From a virus (taxonomy: Duplodnaviria; Caudoviricetes), in IMG/VR virus record IMGVR_UViG_2887723448_000002, positions 3,151-67,150 of that record: DNA of 64,000 bases; one strand, given 5' to 3'. A program made the translations under genes and the position numbers. Under the pieces are notes generated by a model. It saw nothing but the letters and a program-made list of their open reading frames with translations. It was not told where the DNA came from and made no database searches. Position 1 is the stretch's first letter; every line of letters begins with the position of its first letter. Below, piece by piece: positions 43,631 to 52,137 of this stretch.

Positions 43631-43944
43631 TGCGCATCCCCCACTTCCATCTGCGCGGTGTCGAGGTGGCGCAGGATCAGTTGGTCTGCGAGCTCTGCGG
43701 CGTATGGTTCGTCAGTCGTGATCTCGTCTTCAATGGGGGCGCCGCTGATCGGGCGGAGTGCAAAATCCTCCCCGTGAACCAGATCGGGCTGGCTGGCAAC
43801 GCTTTGCGGAACAACACCGGCAAACGCGATGTGCCATGCCGAAGGCGGGACAAATTCGCCTATCTCCACAATGCGACCGATGCAGTCGGAATATTCGGGA
43901 AGCGCCCAAGTGACATATGCGAGATCGCCTTTCTTGACGTTCAT
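43627..43944 (-). CDS. hypothetical phage protein
   Basis: MNVKKGDLAYV...GRIVEI...LRPI pattern; coupled to neighbours. Confidence 0.6.
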   Translation of the reverse strand: MNVKKGDLAYVTWALPEYSDCIGRIVEIGEFVPPSAWHIAFAGVVPQSVASQPDLVHGEDFALRPISGAPIEDEITTDEPYAAELADQLILRHLDTAQMEVGDAQ

Positions 43945-44279
43945 ACAGCCTCCAAAGCTTGTTCGATGACCCGAAGCGCTTCACCAGACCGGATCATTCT
44001 TCCTGTGAATCTGAAAACCTTGAAACCCATCAAGGTCGCCGTGTTGTACTTGATTGCGTCAGCCTCGAAACCTATGCCGCGCGTATGCCGGCCGCCGCTG
44101 AAGATGCCACCCTCAATCTCAGCCAGCACGCGTTGATCGGGCCAAGCGAAGTCGGCTCGCCAGCGACGGGGCGGGGCAAAGCGAAACTCACGCGTCGGCT
44201 CCGGAAGCTTCGCGGCGCGGACGTGGATATCGAAGAGTTCTTCGATGGGGCTGAGGCGGGATTTCGGGACGGCGGCCAT
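43941..44279 (-). CDS. PD-(D/E)XK endonuclease (VRR-NUC/DUF559-like)
   Basis: EFRF...RRWRADFAWP...AEIEGG...GRHTRG.GF..D..KYN.A...GF.V.RFTG. Confidence 0.8.
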   Translation of the reverse strand: MAAVPKSRLSPIEELFDIHVRAAKLPEPTREFRFAPPRRWRADFAWPDQRVLAEIEGGIFSGGRHTRGIGFEADAIKYNTATLMGFKVFRFTGRMIRSGEALRVIEQALEAV

Positions 44280-44533
44280 CAGTCGTTCACCCCATCCAAA
44301 CCGCCCACGTACGGATACGGCAACCCGTGTTGGACGCAGTACATCGAAAGCCCGGCGCATCCGCTTCCTTCGTAGCCGTTGCGGTGAGCCGAAGCGAGCA
44401 CCCCGAAAAAGTGTGTGAATTCGGTAGGCGATTCGTTGATCGCAAACTTGATCCGCTGCTTCATGTCGTCGGTCCACTTGTAGAGCCAAGCGAGGTACTT
44501 CAGATCCGCGAGAAACTGAGGGGAAACGTTCAT
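44279..44533 (-). CDS. hypothetical protein
   Basis: Coupled to the helicase stop; MNVSPQFLADLKYLAWLYKW. Confidence 0.55.
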   Translation of the reverse strand: MNVSPQFLADLKYLAWLYKWTDDMKQRIKFAINESPTEFTHFFGVLASAHRNGYEGSGCAGLSMYCVQHGLPYPYVGGLDGVND

Positions 44534-45492
44534 CAAAACTCCTCGAGCGAAACAGCAACACCATCGACCGGGTACTTGCGCGGATGCTGTCCGCGGTGCT
44601 CCACGTACTGCATCGAAGGGCCATCGAACCAAAGGCCGAAGACGCCCTCAAAATCGCCGTTGCGCTGCTTCTCAAGAGACAGGAAGCAATCTGGCTCTGC
44701 CTTCACGTCTTCAGCTTCGGACGCCTTGAGCTTCAACTTCTCGCTCATCACGGCTTCCTTGCGCTTGTTCCGGAAGACGATGAACAGGTTGTCCGCGAGG
44801 TCGGTGATCGACCCACTCCCCTTCACGTCGAACTTGCCAGGCCTGTCGTACTCACTGCCGGCCTTCTTCACGTGCGCGATCAGGTGGATGTGACATCCGG
44901 TTTCCTGCGCGATCGACGTGAGCGAATTCACGAAATCCTTCTGGCCGTTGTAGTCGTCATCGCCCGGGACACACTTCATGAGGTTGTCGATGAAAAAATG
45001 CTGGATCGCAAAGTTGTCGACCGCATACCGCACGACCGCGAGCATCGTCTTCGGCTTGATGCTTCCGGTATGGTCGTAGAGCCAAAGCCGCTCATCCGTC
45101 CACGAGTGCATCAGGTTGATGAAGTCGCGTTGCGGCATCGCATCACCCGAAGCCTGCTTGGTCATGCGAAGCATGGTTTTCTCAGGCTTCATTTCGAGCG
45201 ACGCGATGCAGACGCGCTCGCCTTGCACGCACAGGTCAAGAGCGACTTGGCTTGTGAGCATCGACTTTCCATGACCATTAATTCCGCCCCAGATCGTCAC
45301 CTCGCCCTTACGCATTTCGAACCGGCCCTCGCACTTCTGCCAGCCGAGTTGAATCGCAGGAGCCAAGCTGCGCTTGTAGAGCGCGTCGATAACCATGCTC
45401 GCCCACTCGCTTGCGGGGCGAATTTTGTGCGCCTCTTCGGACTCCGCCATGTAGTCCGTGAGGTCAATCTTTGCGCCTCGAATGGTCTTCAC
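44533..45492 (-). CDS. DnaB/T7 gp4-like replicative helicase domain
   Basis: Walker A IWGGINGHGKS, SLEM, FFIDNL, HLIAHVKK, KGSGSITDLADN, LEKQRNG. Confidence 0.88.
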   Translation of the reverse strand: MKTIRGAKIDLTDYMAESEEAHKIRPASEWASMVIDALYKRSLAPAIQLGWQKCEGRFEMRKGEVTIWGGINGHGKSMLTSQVALDLCVQGERVCIASLEMKPEKTMLRMTKQASGDAMPQRDFINLMHSWTDERLWLYDHTGSIKPKTMLAVVRYAVDNFAIQHFFIDNLMKCVPGDDDYNGQKDFVNSLTSIAQETGCHIHLIAHVKKAGSEYDRPGKFDVKGSGSITDLADNLFIVFRNKRKEAVMSEKLKLKASEAEDVKAEPDCFLSLEKQRNGDFEGVFGLWFDGPSMQYVEHRGQHPRKYPVDGVAVSLEEF

Positions 45493-45493
45493 G

Positions 45494-45904
45494 TCAGAAC
45501 CCCCTGCGCGCGAATTCTTCGCACTGCTGCGGCGACCACTCGATCAGTTCAATGCCGAGCGTTCCGGTCCGGGCGCGGCGATGCGCCTCGGCATGTGCGG
45601 CAGGGAAATCAAAGCCGATCGACGCGCCAGCCTTCAGGTCCACATCCCACAGGTCAAGCGACTTCGGGGAAGCATTGCGAATGCGCTTGAGCGAGTCCGC
45701 TACGCCGCTTCCTTTGCGAGCAAAGGCAACCAGATCCAGCCCGACGACCCACCGCCAGTCGTACTCGGCATCGGGTTGTGCGTAGACCGTAAAGCCGTCG
45801 TCCTTGTCGCCAGCACGCCCAACGAACGAGATCAGAACCCATGAGGCCGGGTGTTGACCTTCCTTCCGTAGCTCGGCAATGCGAGCAGCATTCGTAGCCA
45901 TCAC
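45494..45904 (-). CDS. hypothetical protein between initiator and helicase
   Basis: ATGA-coupled to the initiator. Confidence 0.6.
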   Translation of the reverse strand: MMATNAARIAELRKEGQHPASWVLISFVGRAGDKDDGFTVYAQPDAEYDWRWVVGLDLVAFARKGSGVADSLKRIRNASPKSLDLWDVDLKAGASIGFDFPAAHAEAHRRARTGTLGIELIEWSPQQCEEFARRGF

Positions 45905-46623
45905 AGGTATTTTTCCCCCGATCCAGATGCGCTTTCACTGCGCGGTTTGCTCGGCTTGTCCTGCTCCTTCGCCAGCCAGGAATTCGCAAACGCCATCACG
46001 CCCCGGCGAGTCTTGCGCTTTGTCGGATTGGCGATGCTCCACTGCCGCATCTGGCGAAGTTGCTGCGTCACGTCAACGTTCGGGTAGGTCGAGCTCCACT
46101 CCTCAACCTGTGATGCAGAAATGCCATGCTCGGAGCCGTCGTTCAGCGGAATCGCGACGACGGGAGGCGGAGCATCAGCGCCTTGAGCTTGAAGTTCAAG
46201 CTCGGCGCAAGTTTCTTTAATTCCTTTCCCTTCCCTTCCCTTCCCTTCCGTCAATGAGCCATCAATGACGAGATCAGGAGTACTCACTGAGCCATCAGTG
46301 AAAACGGGCTTAGGAAGGCCGGTCTTAGATGGCCGGTTGATTACTTGATGCTTCTCAAAACCCTTTACATGCAAGTACTTATCGCCACTCACTGAGTACT
46401 CCATGAGCAATCCGTGAGTCATCAGCTCTTGAATCAGCGGCTCGCACTCGATCGCATCCGCCGGGAAGATTTGCATCTTCAGTTTCTTTGCTGAGCGCTG
46501 GGTATTTCCGTTGTCGTCAGCAAAATTCCAGCACCCGATGAAAAACAACCGAGCACTCACGGAGCACTCAGTGATCTTCTCATCGGTCCAGAAGTCCGGT
46601 TTGATGGTGCGGATACGGGCCAT
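45901..46623 (-). CDS. phage replication initiator protein
   Basis: MARIRTIKPDFWTDE N-terminus, FEKHQVINRPS, C-terminal W...NP.KRKT..G...F...WL..EQD. Confidence 0.8.
   Translation of the reverse strand: MARIRTIKPDFWTDEKITECSVSARLFFIGCWNFADDNGNTQRSAKKLKMQIFPADAIECEPLIQELMTHGLLMEYSVSGDKYLHVKGFEKHQVINRPSKTGLPKPVFTDGSVSTPDLVIDGSLTEGKGREGKGIKETCAELELQAQGADAPPPVVAIPLNDGSEHGISASQVEEWSSTYPNVDVTQQLRQMRQWSIANPTKRKTRRGVMAFANSWLAKEQDKPSKPRSESASGSGEKYL
46221..46301. repeat. candidate replication origin inside the initiator gene
   Basis: (TTCCC)-type pentamer run 46221-46250; repeats TCAATGAGCCATCAATGA (46251-46268) and TCACTGAGCCATCAGTGA (46284-46301). Confidence 0.45.
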
Positions 46624-46638
46624 GTCTTGCGCGGTTCC

Positions 46639-46818
46639 CTAGTGCTGTTGCTCAGGCGACTTCATGACGTCCGGGTGCATCTCAACAAAATGCTGCAGCT
46701 TCGTAATGGCATTGCGGGCCATCCACTGAACCGGCTCGCGTGTATTGCACTCGGCCATGCGATGCAGCAGCTCAGAGAGTTCAGCAAGGTCGGTGTCAGC
46801 GATGGGGAAGTTGTTCAT
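46639..46818 (-). CDS. small hypothetical protein
   Basis: Hand translation of 59 aa; ATGA-coupled. Confidence 0.45.
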   Translation of the reverse strand: MNNFPIADTDLAELSELLHRMAECNTREPVQWMARNAITKLQHFVEMHPDVMKSPEQQH

Positions 46819-46991
46819 GCCGGCCCCAACTCATCCGTGCGCTCACTCGCCACGCAATGCAGCCGCGCAGCTCTCGGCGCATCTGTGACGCCAGCGAGAT
46901 ATTCATGGACGTCGCGTTGGTCGCGCAGGAGCGGGCTGAGCTTGGCGAGGATGCTGTCTGCTGTAGCGGGGGTGTTGATAGCGGGGGTCAT
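46815..46991 (-). CDS. small hypothetical protein
   Basis: GGAG SD; 58 aa; ATGA-coupled. Confidence 0.45.
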   Translation of the reverse strand: MTPAINTPATADSILAKLSPLLRDQRDVHEYLAGVTDAPRAARLHCVASERTDELGPA

Positions 46992-47857
46992 TGCGGGGCT
47001 CCGGTGGGGGAGTGGGCAGGCGCGGCGGTCAGTAGTCCGAGAACAAAATCAGCCACGTCCTCATATGCGTTCTTTTCAGAGATCGGATAGGCCAGCCATT
47101 GCGCAAGAATCTCGTCTCTCGTCAGCGCAACAGGGGCTTGCGCATTGGCTGCGAGAACTGTGCGGGCGAACTTGATTAGGCCGGGTGCGCCAGCGTGGTA
47201 TTGCGTTCCGTGACCGGCCTCTGGAAACCGTGTCGGCGTTTCGCTGAAAAACACTTCCCCGGCATTGAGCGCGATGATTTGCTCATCTGTCAGCGCAGCG
47301 GTGCTCGTGTTGACAGCAAGCAGGCCGCGCGCCTTGATGCGGAACTGCGTGATATCGCCTTGAGCCGCGTAGAACAGGTCTACGAGCAGGGTATCGGGGA
47401 TGGCGGCATGCTCAGGTGTCAAGCATCCCTTGACGGCTGGAGCGGCGCTCGTGTTGGCTGCGAGGAGCGCGCGAGTGTCTTTAATCGCAAGCGCGATGGA
47501 AAGGCTGATGGTGTTGATGCGGTGAAAGTGACCCGCTGCGCGCCAGCGTTCTTTCTCGTCGGCGTCTTTGGGATATGCGGCGTCAAGCGCTTTCCGCAGA
47601 TCGGCAAGGCGGCTATCTGCTTGCCCGAGCTCGTGCGTCGCATCCTCGATCCAGTCAGCGCGGGGCTCATCGACTCCGCTCACCGGCTGGCGGGCGGCTT
47701 GCCACATGAGCCAGCCATCCTGAGCGCGCGTGCTGGCATAGCACTCGGGATCGAATCCGCTGCGCATGAAAGTCGTGCTCGGATGCAGCGGATGTTCTTT
47801 CGTCCATGCCGCTTCGAACGCAGCACGGTCGCTTGAATCAGGTTGCGGGGCGGTCAT
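46988..47857 (-). CDS. mosaic Ea22/Eaa-like hypothetical protein
   Basis: Modules joined by repeated LLA-x-NTS-x-A / ALT-x-x-(Q/E)I linkers. Confidence 0.7.
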   Translation of the reverse strand: MTAPQPDSSDRAAFEAAWTKEHPLHPSTTFMRSGFDPECYASTRAQDGWLMWQAARQPVSGVDEPRADWIEDATHELGQADSRLADLRKALDAAYPKDADEKERWRAAGHFHRINTISLSIALAIKDTRALLAANTSAAPAVKGCLTPEHAAIPDTLLVDLFYAAQGDITQFRIKARGLLAVNTSTAALTDEQIIALNAGEVFFSETPTRFPEAGHGTQYHAGAPGLIKFARTVLAANAQAPVALTRDEILAQWLAYPISEKNAYEDVADFVLGLLTAAPAHSPTGAPQ

Positions 47858-47878
47858 TGTCTGCCTCCTAGTTATGCC

Positions 47879-48049
47879 CTACTTCACGTTTATGGCGGCC
47901 AGCCCGACGATCACAAATGCCTCTCGTACTGTCCGGTCCTGCTCGCAGCGTCTCGTTACTTCCTTGAGCACCGCTTCTTCAGTCCATTTCGGAATCCTGC
48001 CCCCGTGTAACACCTCGAGACATATTCCCCGAGCCTCTTCTTCTGTCAT
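47879..48049 (-). CDS. small hypothetical protein
   Basis: ATGA-coupled to the CII-like gene. Confidence 0.5.
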   Translation of the reverse strand: MTEEEARGICLEVLHGGRIPKWTEEAVLKEVTRRCEQDRTVREAFVIVGLAAINVK

Positions 48050-48420
48050 GCGACCGCCTGTGCCTGTTGCGAGATCATTTCTTCCATCAAATGCAGTGAT
48101 GCTTGTCGGATCAGGAATTGCGTCACTGCTCTGTTTCCGACCACGGCTTCGAAAGTTGCGATCCGCTCGGCCGGAAGGCATCGTCGTCGCTGGCCCTTGG
48201 GATTCACGTCGTCGGGGCTCAGGTAGTCCGACACGTGCTGCGGATACCACTCGCACAACTCGGAGAGGCCGCGCTGTGTCATGCCCTTGCTGCGACGCTG
48301 GCGCCATGCAAGGCAGACGGCATCGCGATAGCTCCGGCATTCCGTCATCAGATCGTTCGCGAGAAAGGCGGGCCCACTTACCGATCCGCCAAGCATTCGA
48401 AGCTCGTTTTTGGTGTTCAT
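48046..48420 (-). CDS. CII-like HTH regulator
   Basis: Position after cro; MTQRGLSELCEWYPQHVSDYL HTH; FEAVVGNRAVTQF. Confidence 0.65.
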   Translation of the reverse strand: MNTKNELRMLGGSVSGPAFLANDLMTECRSYRDAVCLAWRQRRSKGMTQRGLSELCEWYPQHVSDYLSPDDVNPKGQRRRCLPAERIATFEAVVGNRAVTQFLIRQASLHLMEEMISQQAQAVA

Positions 48421-48593
48421 ATAGTGAAATTCAATCGAATCACCGGTTTCATCACCGGTTCGTGAGCAGTCAAATTAGAGGGGTCCGAAGACCCCTATCT
48501 CAAGAGAACATGCCAACGAACCGCACGCCCTCGCTTTGCAAATCAGTCCGGCAACTTCGCCGGGAACGCCGCGCTCTAAGCAGTACTAAAGCC

Positions 48594-48881
48594 CTACCTC
48601 GACTTCTTTTTGCGGCTCGACTGGCCGACTGGCGGCTGTGTGTCGTCCGAGGAAATCATCCGATCGAGCTTTCCGTTACCTGTGGGCGCGTAGATGGAAT
48701 CGAACGAAACATCGAGGCCCTTGGATCTCGCGAACTCAACGAGCTTTCGGACGACCTCGGGGTTTGGAACGATCTCGCCCTTCTCGTATTGGGAGATGGC
48801 CGACTGGGTGACCTTAAGGGCCGCGCCAAGCTCGGTCTGAGAGACCTTGAGGCGCTTTCGAATTCGGAGGATCGGGTTCAT
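48594..48881 (-). CDS. cro: Cro-like repressor
   Basis: ILRIRKRLKVSQTELGAALKVTQSAISQYEKG; divergent from cI. Confidence 0.85.
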   Translation of the reverse strand: MNPILRIRKRLKVSQTELGAALKVTQSAISQYEKGEIVPNPEVVRKLVEFARSKGLDVSFDSIYAPTGNGKLDRMISSDDTQPPVGQSSRKKKSR

Positions 48882-48888
48882 GTGGCAA

Positions 48889-48953
48889 ATATTAGTCCGA
48901 CTGTTTGGATAAGTCAACAGTCCGGCTGTTTGCCAAAAATTAGTCAAACTTAT
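48889..48953. promoter_or_regulatory. OR operators and PR promoter
   Basis: 15-bp sites ATTAGTCCGACTGTT (48891), AACAGTCCGGCTGTT (48916), ATTAGTCAAACTTAT (48939); - strand TTGACT-17-TAATAT (48917-48889). Confidence 0.75.
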
Positions 48954-48964
48954 AAGGTGCGCGC

Positions 48965-49828
48965 ATGCCAGCAAGCCCACTAACCGAAGCCCGCATAGCA
49001 GACGCAAAACGCCTGCGGGAAGCGTTCGCCAAGTGGCAAAAGGATCGAAGGAAGCTTGGGGAGCCGTCGTCGCAAGAGGCTGCGGGGGAGACGATCGGGT
49101 TCAGCCAAAGCACGATGAGCCAGTACTTGCTGGCGAAAATCCCGCTGAACCCAGAGGCCGTTGCGAAATTTGCGGCACTGCTCGGGTGCTCGGGTCGGGA
49201 CATTAGCCCCGAACTGGCAGGCCAAATTCGATCGTTGGACAAGAAGCTTTCCGCGCCGGAGGATCGCAAGCACGGTTCCGCGCCGGATGATCCCCCGAGC
49301 ACCGGACAGAATGCCGACGTTATTAAGCGACTGCTCCCTAATGACAAGGGTAACGTGGTCGCTTGGGAGAACGAAGGCGATCTACCGCATGACCCTGAAA
49401 GGGTGTGGATTGACCGCTACGACTATCATTTCAGTGCGGGGTCCGGTGTGATTCAGTGGGAAGTGAGAGAAAAAAAGGCGCTACCGTTCGACGCAGGCTT
49501 TTTCAAGGCGATCGGTTCGAAGCCGAAAGATTGCAAGCTCGTTGTAGTGCGGGGAGACAGCATGGAGCCGTTCCTGTTCAACAGGGACATGATGATGATC
49601 GACTCGTCGCGCACGGCCATAAAAGAGGGGCACATTTACGCGATCCATTTTGAAGACGAGGCCCTAGTTAAGCTGATCTTCAAGCAGGCGGGCGGCGGCC
49701 TGCTCCTTCGCTCGTATAACTCAGCGAAGTATCCGGACAAGATCATTGGCCCGGACCAGTCGGAGTTCGTCACGATTGCGGGCGAGCTGATCTATAGGTC
49801 CGGCTCTGGGCCGGCAGGCGGCAATTAA
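48965..49828 (+). CDS. cI: CI repressor (HTH + S24 autopeptidase)
   Basis: SQEAAGETIGFSQSTMSQYL HTH; SAGSG cleavage site, VRGDSMEP serine, ALVKLI lysine. Confidence 0.92.
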   Translation: MPASPLTEARIADAKRLREAFAKWQKDRRKLGEPSSQEAAGETIGFSQSTMSQYLLAKIPLNPEAVAKFAALLGCSGRDISPELAGQIRSLDKKLSAPEDRKHGSAPDDPPSTGQNADVIKRLLPNDKGNVVAWENEGDLPHDPERVWIDRYDYHFSAGSGVIQWEVREKKALPFDAGFFKAIGSKPKDCKLVVVRGDSMEPFLFNRDMMMIDSSRTAIKEGHIYAIHFEDEALVKLIFKQAGGGLLLRSYNSAKYPDKIIGPDQSEFVTIAGELIYRSGSGPAGGN

Positions 49829-49838
49829 TGGAGACCAC

Positions 49839-50141
49839 ATGCATAAAAAGCACGCCGCGCTTCTGCTGTTTGCGCTGACCGGAATAGCGCACGCAGACAC
49901 CAAAACCATTACAGAGAACAGCTTCGGCTGTGTGAGCGAACAAGCGTTCAAAGACGGCGAGAGCTACCTGTTCAACCACGAGACGGAATTGCTCCAGCAG
50001 GAGTTAAATTCAGGCCAGTGCGTCATGCTGCATAAGGGGCAGCAGGTTATTTTGGTTGACGTCTCCTTCCTGTCGTACGCCGTCGTGCGCATCCCCAATG
50101 ACCCGACAAAACTCTACACGTTCTTCACAACGATAAAGTAA
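49839..50141 (+). CDS. small secreted two-Cys protein co-transcribed with cI
   Basis: GGAG SD; signal peptide MHKKHAALLLFALTGIAHA; paralogue of 22200-22514. Confidence 0.75.
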   Translation: MHKKHAALLLFALTGIAHADTKTITENSFGCVSEQAFKDGESYLFNHETELLQQELNSGQCVMLHKGQQVILVDVSFLSYAVVRIPNDPTKLYTFFTTIK

Positions 50142-50151
50142 GCGCCGCCTC

Positions 50152-50180
50152 AAAGAACCCGTTCCTGCGGGTTTTTTATT
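50152..50180. terminator. bidirectional intrinsic terminator
   Basis: AACCCG-TTCCTG-CGGGTT followed by a T run, between convergent genes. Confidence 0.7.
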
Positions 50181-50433
50181 GCCCGCGCGCCCGGCGCAGC
50201 AGCTCGAGCATTTGCGCCGACGACTCAGCCTCCTTCATCTCCGCTCGCCAGAGCAGCCCGCCGACATAGGCGATCGTCTCCCAATCGTCAGGGTCCATCG
50301 TCGGGTGCGCGCGCGTCAGCATCTCGGCCAAGGCTAGCAGCGCCTCGGCCGGCGACATGTCTTCGTCTGCCATCTTCGAGAACTGGCGGAACACCTGAAA
50401 CACCAACTCCTCTGAAATTCGGCTTTGAGCCAT
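50176..50433 (-). CDS. hypothetical protein in the immunity region
   Basis: GGAGGG SD; 85 aa; convergent with the cI operon. Confidence 0.6.
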   Translation of the reverse strand: MAQSRISEELVFQVFRQFSKMADEDMSPAEALLALAEMLTRAHPTMDPDDWETIAYVGGLLWRAEMKEAESSAQMLELLRRARGQ

Positions 50434-50502
50434 GGCGCCCTCCCTCTGTTGGCTGAAGTCTAGGAAGGCGGGCCCCTGTACGCCAAATATTTCTCTCTAA
50501 TT

Positions 50503-50544
50503 ATTAGTCGGGCTGTTGACACGTATCAACAGTCCGACTACTAT
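50503..50544 (+). promoter_or_regulatory. PL promoter and OL operators
   Basis: TTGACA-17-TACTAT (50516-50544) flanked by ATTAGTCGGGCTGTT (50503) and AACAGTCCGACTACT (50528), same consensus as OR. Confidence 0.8.
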
Positions 50545-50584
50545 CCTTCCATCCGCACAGCAAGTGCGCCAGGTGGAGAGAGCG

Positions 50585-51370
50585 ATGCAAGCCGAAGCCG
50601 TCAATCAGTTGGTGCCGTTCCAGTTCGAGAGCATGACCGTTCGCGCCGTGATGGGTGACGATGGCGAGCCGTGGTTCATTGCGTCAGACATTTGCGCGGT
50701 GATCGACGTGGATGCTACCGCCGTCCGCAAGCTGGATGACGATGAAAGGGGTCTGCGCTCAGTGCAGACCCTTGGCGGCGCACAGCAAGTGTCTATCGTG
50801 TCGGAGTCCGGCATGTACACGCTGGTGCTGCGTTGCCGCGATGCGATGAAGTCGGACACGCGTCCGTACCGGTTCCGCAAGTGGGTCACGGCCGAAGTGC
50901 TGCCGACGATCCGCAAGACGGGTTCGTACAACGCCGCGCCCGCCATCGACCTGAACGACCCCGCGTTCCTGCGCTCCACTCTCCTGACCTACACGGAGAA
51001 GGTGATCGCGCTCGAAGCGAAGATCATCGAGCAAGAGCCCAAGGTCAACGCACTGCGCCGCATCGCTGAGGCCGAAGGTTCGTTCTGCATCAGCGACGCC
51101 GCAAAGATGCTTCAGATGCCGCCGAAACAGTTGTTCACTCGCCTGAATGAAATGCGCTGGATCTTCAAGCGCCCCGGCTGCGCAGTCTGGCTCGGCTATC
51201 AGGACAAGACGCAAGCCGGATTGCTGGTCCACAAGTCGACACTCGTCACGCGCGAAGACGGAACCGAGAAAGTGGCTGAGCAAGTGCGCATCACGGGTCG
51301 CGGCATTGCGCGAGTGGCGACGATGCTTGGTGCGACCGTGGTCGAGGTTGCTGAAGCTGCTGTCGCTTAA
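50585..51370 (+). CDS. antirepressor (BRO-N + KilA-C/ANT)
   Basis: GEPWFIASDIC, VSESGMYTLV, FRKWVTAEVLPTIRKTGSY; C-terminal PKVNAL...ISDAAKML...QVRITGRG. Confidence 0.9.
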   Translation: MQAEAVNQLVPFQFESMTVRAVMGDDGEPWFIASDICAVIDVDATAVRKLDDDERGLRSVQTLGGAQQVSIVSESGMYTLVLRCRDAMKSDTRPYRFRKWVTAEVLPTIRKTGSYNAAPAIDLNDPAFLRSTLLTYTEKVIALEAKIIEQEPKVNALRRIAEAEGSFCISDAAKMLQMPPKQLFTRLNEMRWIFKRPGCAVWLGYQDKTQAGLLVHKSTLVTREDGTEKVAEQVRITGRGIARVATMLGATVVEVAEAAVA

Positions 51371-51412
51371 TACCCGAATTTCGGGCATTTCAAAAAGTAA
51401 CCCGGAGACACC

Positions 51413-51736
51413 ATGAGCGAGCACCTGAAAGCGTTTTTGACTGCGTGGCTGGAATGGGTTGATACGGGCGCGGTGGATGGTGAGCCGTTCGAACGTCGCC
51501 GCGGTCTGTGCTCAAGTTTCGAGTATTGGATGGACGCTCGGAATATCGATTGCGAACACCAGGAAGAAGAATGCGACGGACTCACCAGAGCCTTTCGCGC
51601 GGCCGGCCTCAATAGAGTCTATCCGTTCGGCGGAGCGGAAGAATTTTATGAAGACTCGGATGCAAACGAAATGCACCTCAACCCCGCCCGCATCGCCTGG
51701 GTCCGCTCGAAGGTTGCGCAACACGAAGCAGCCTAA
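51413..51736 (+). CDS. hypothetical protein
   Basis: GGAG SD; FLTAWLEWV...GLC...YPFG...NPARIAWVR. Confidence 0.65.
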   Translation: MSEHLKAFLTAWLEWVDTGAVDGEPFERRRGLCSSFEYWMDARNIDCEHQEEECDGLTRAFRAAGLNRVYPFGGAEEFYEDSDANEMHLNPARIAWVRSKVAQHEAA

Positions 51737-51798
51737 CTGTCTGTAGCGCAGAGCTTACGGGTTCTGCAGTGCAGATAGATGAATAGCTAAGGAGTGGG

Positions 51799-51942
51799 AT
51801 GTTCAAGGTTCAATACCTCTCGATTTTGACTCCTGAACTATGGGTCGATGCATCGTGGCTCGGCGCTTTTAGCTCTGAGAGGCGCGCCCAGAACGCGGGC
51901 TGCCAGATTCAGGGATACGAGATACGGATCGTCAGGGTGTAA
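51799..51942 (+). CDS. small hypothetical protein (47 aa)
   Basis: AAGGAG SD; hand translation MFKVQYLSILTPELWVDASW... Confidence 0.55.
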   Translation: MFKVQYLSILTPELWVDASWLGAFSSERRAQNAGCQIQGYEIRIVRV

Positions 51943-52137
51943 GCACCGAAGTACCGCAGCAATGCGCATGGCCGCGCAAAACAAGACGCCCGTGAAGTCC
52001 GCCCGCGTGAGAAGGAAATGCGACCACTGGCTGTAACAGTGGAGACCTGATGACCCAGTGAAGGAACTGGCGAGGCGACAGAGCCGATGGGCGCCGTGTC
52101 GATGAGATGCGGTGCCCGTGTAGTTCAGTTTTGATGA

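Noticed and set aside
44584-45690. 368-aa + strand ORF opposite the helicase
   Set aside because: Antisense shadow; lies against the direction of the PR operon and has no motifs.
52024-52080. Hammerhead-like CTGATGA (52047-52053) between two hairpins
   Set aside because: The required GAAA after stem II is absent (CGAGGC instead), so the catalytic core is incomplete.
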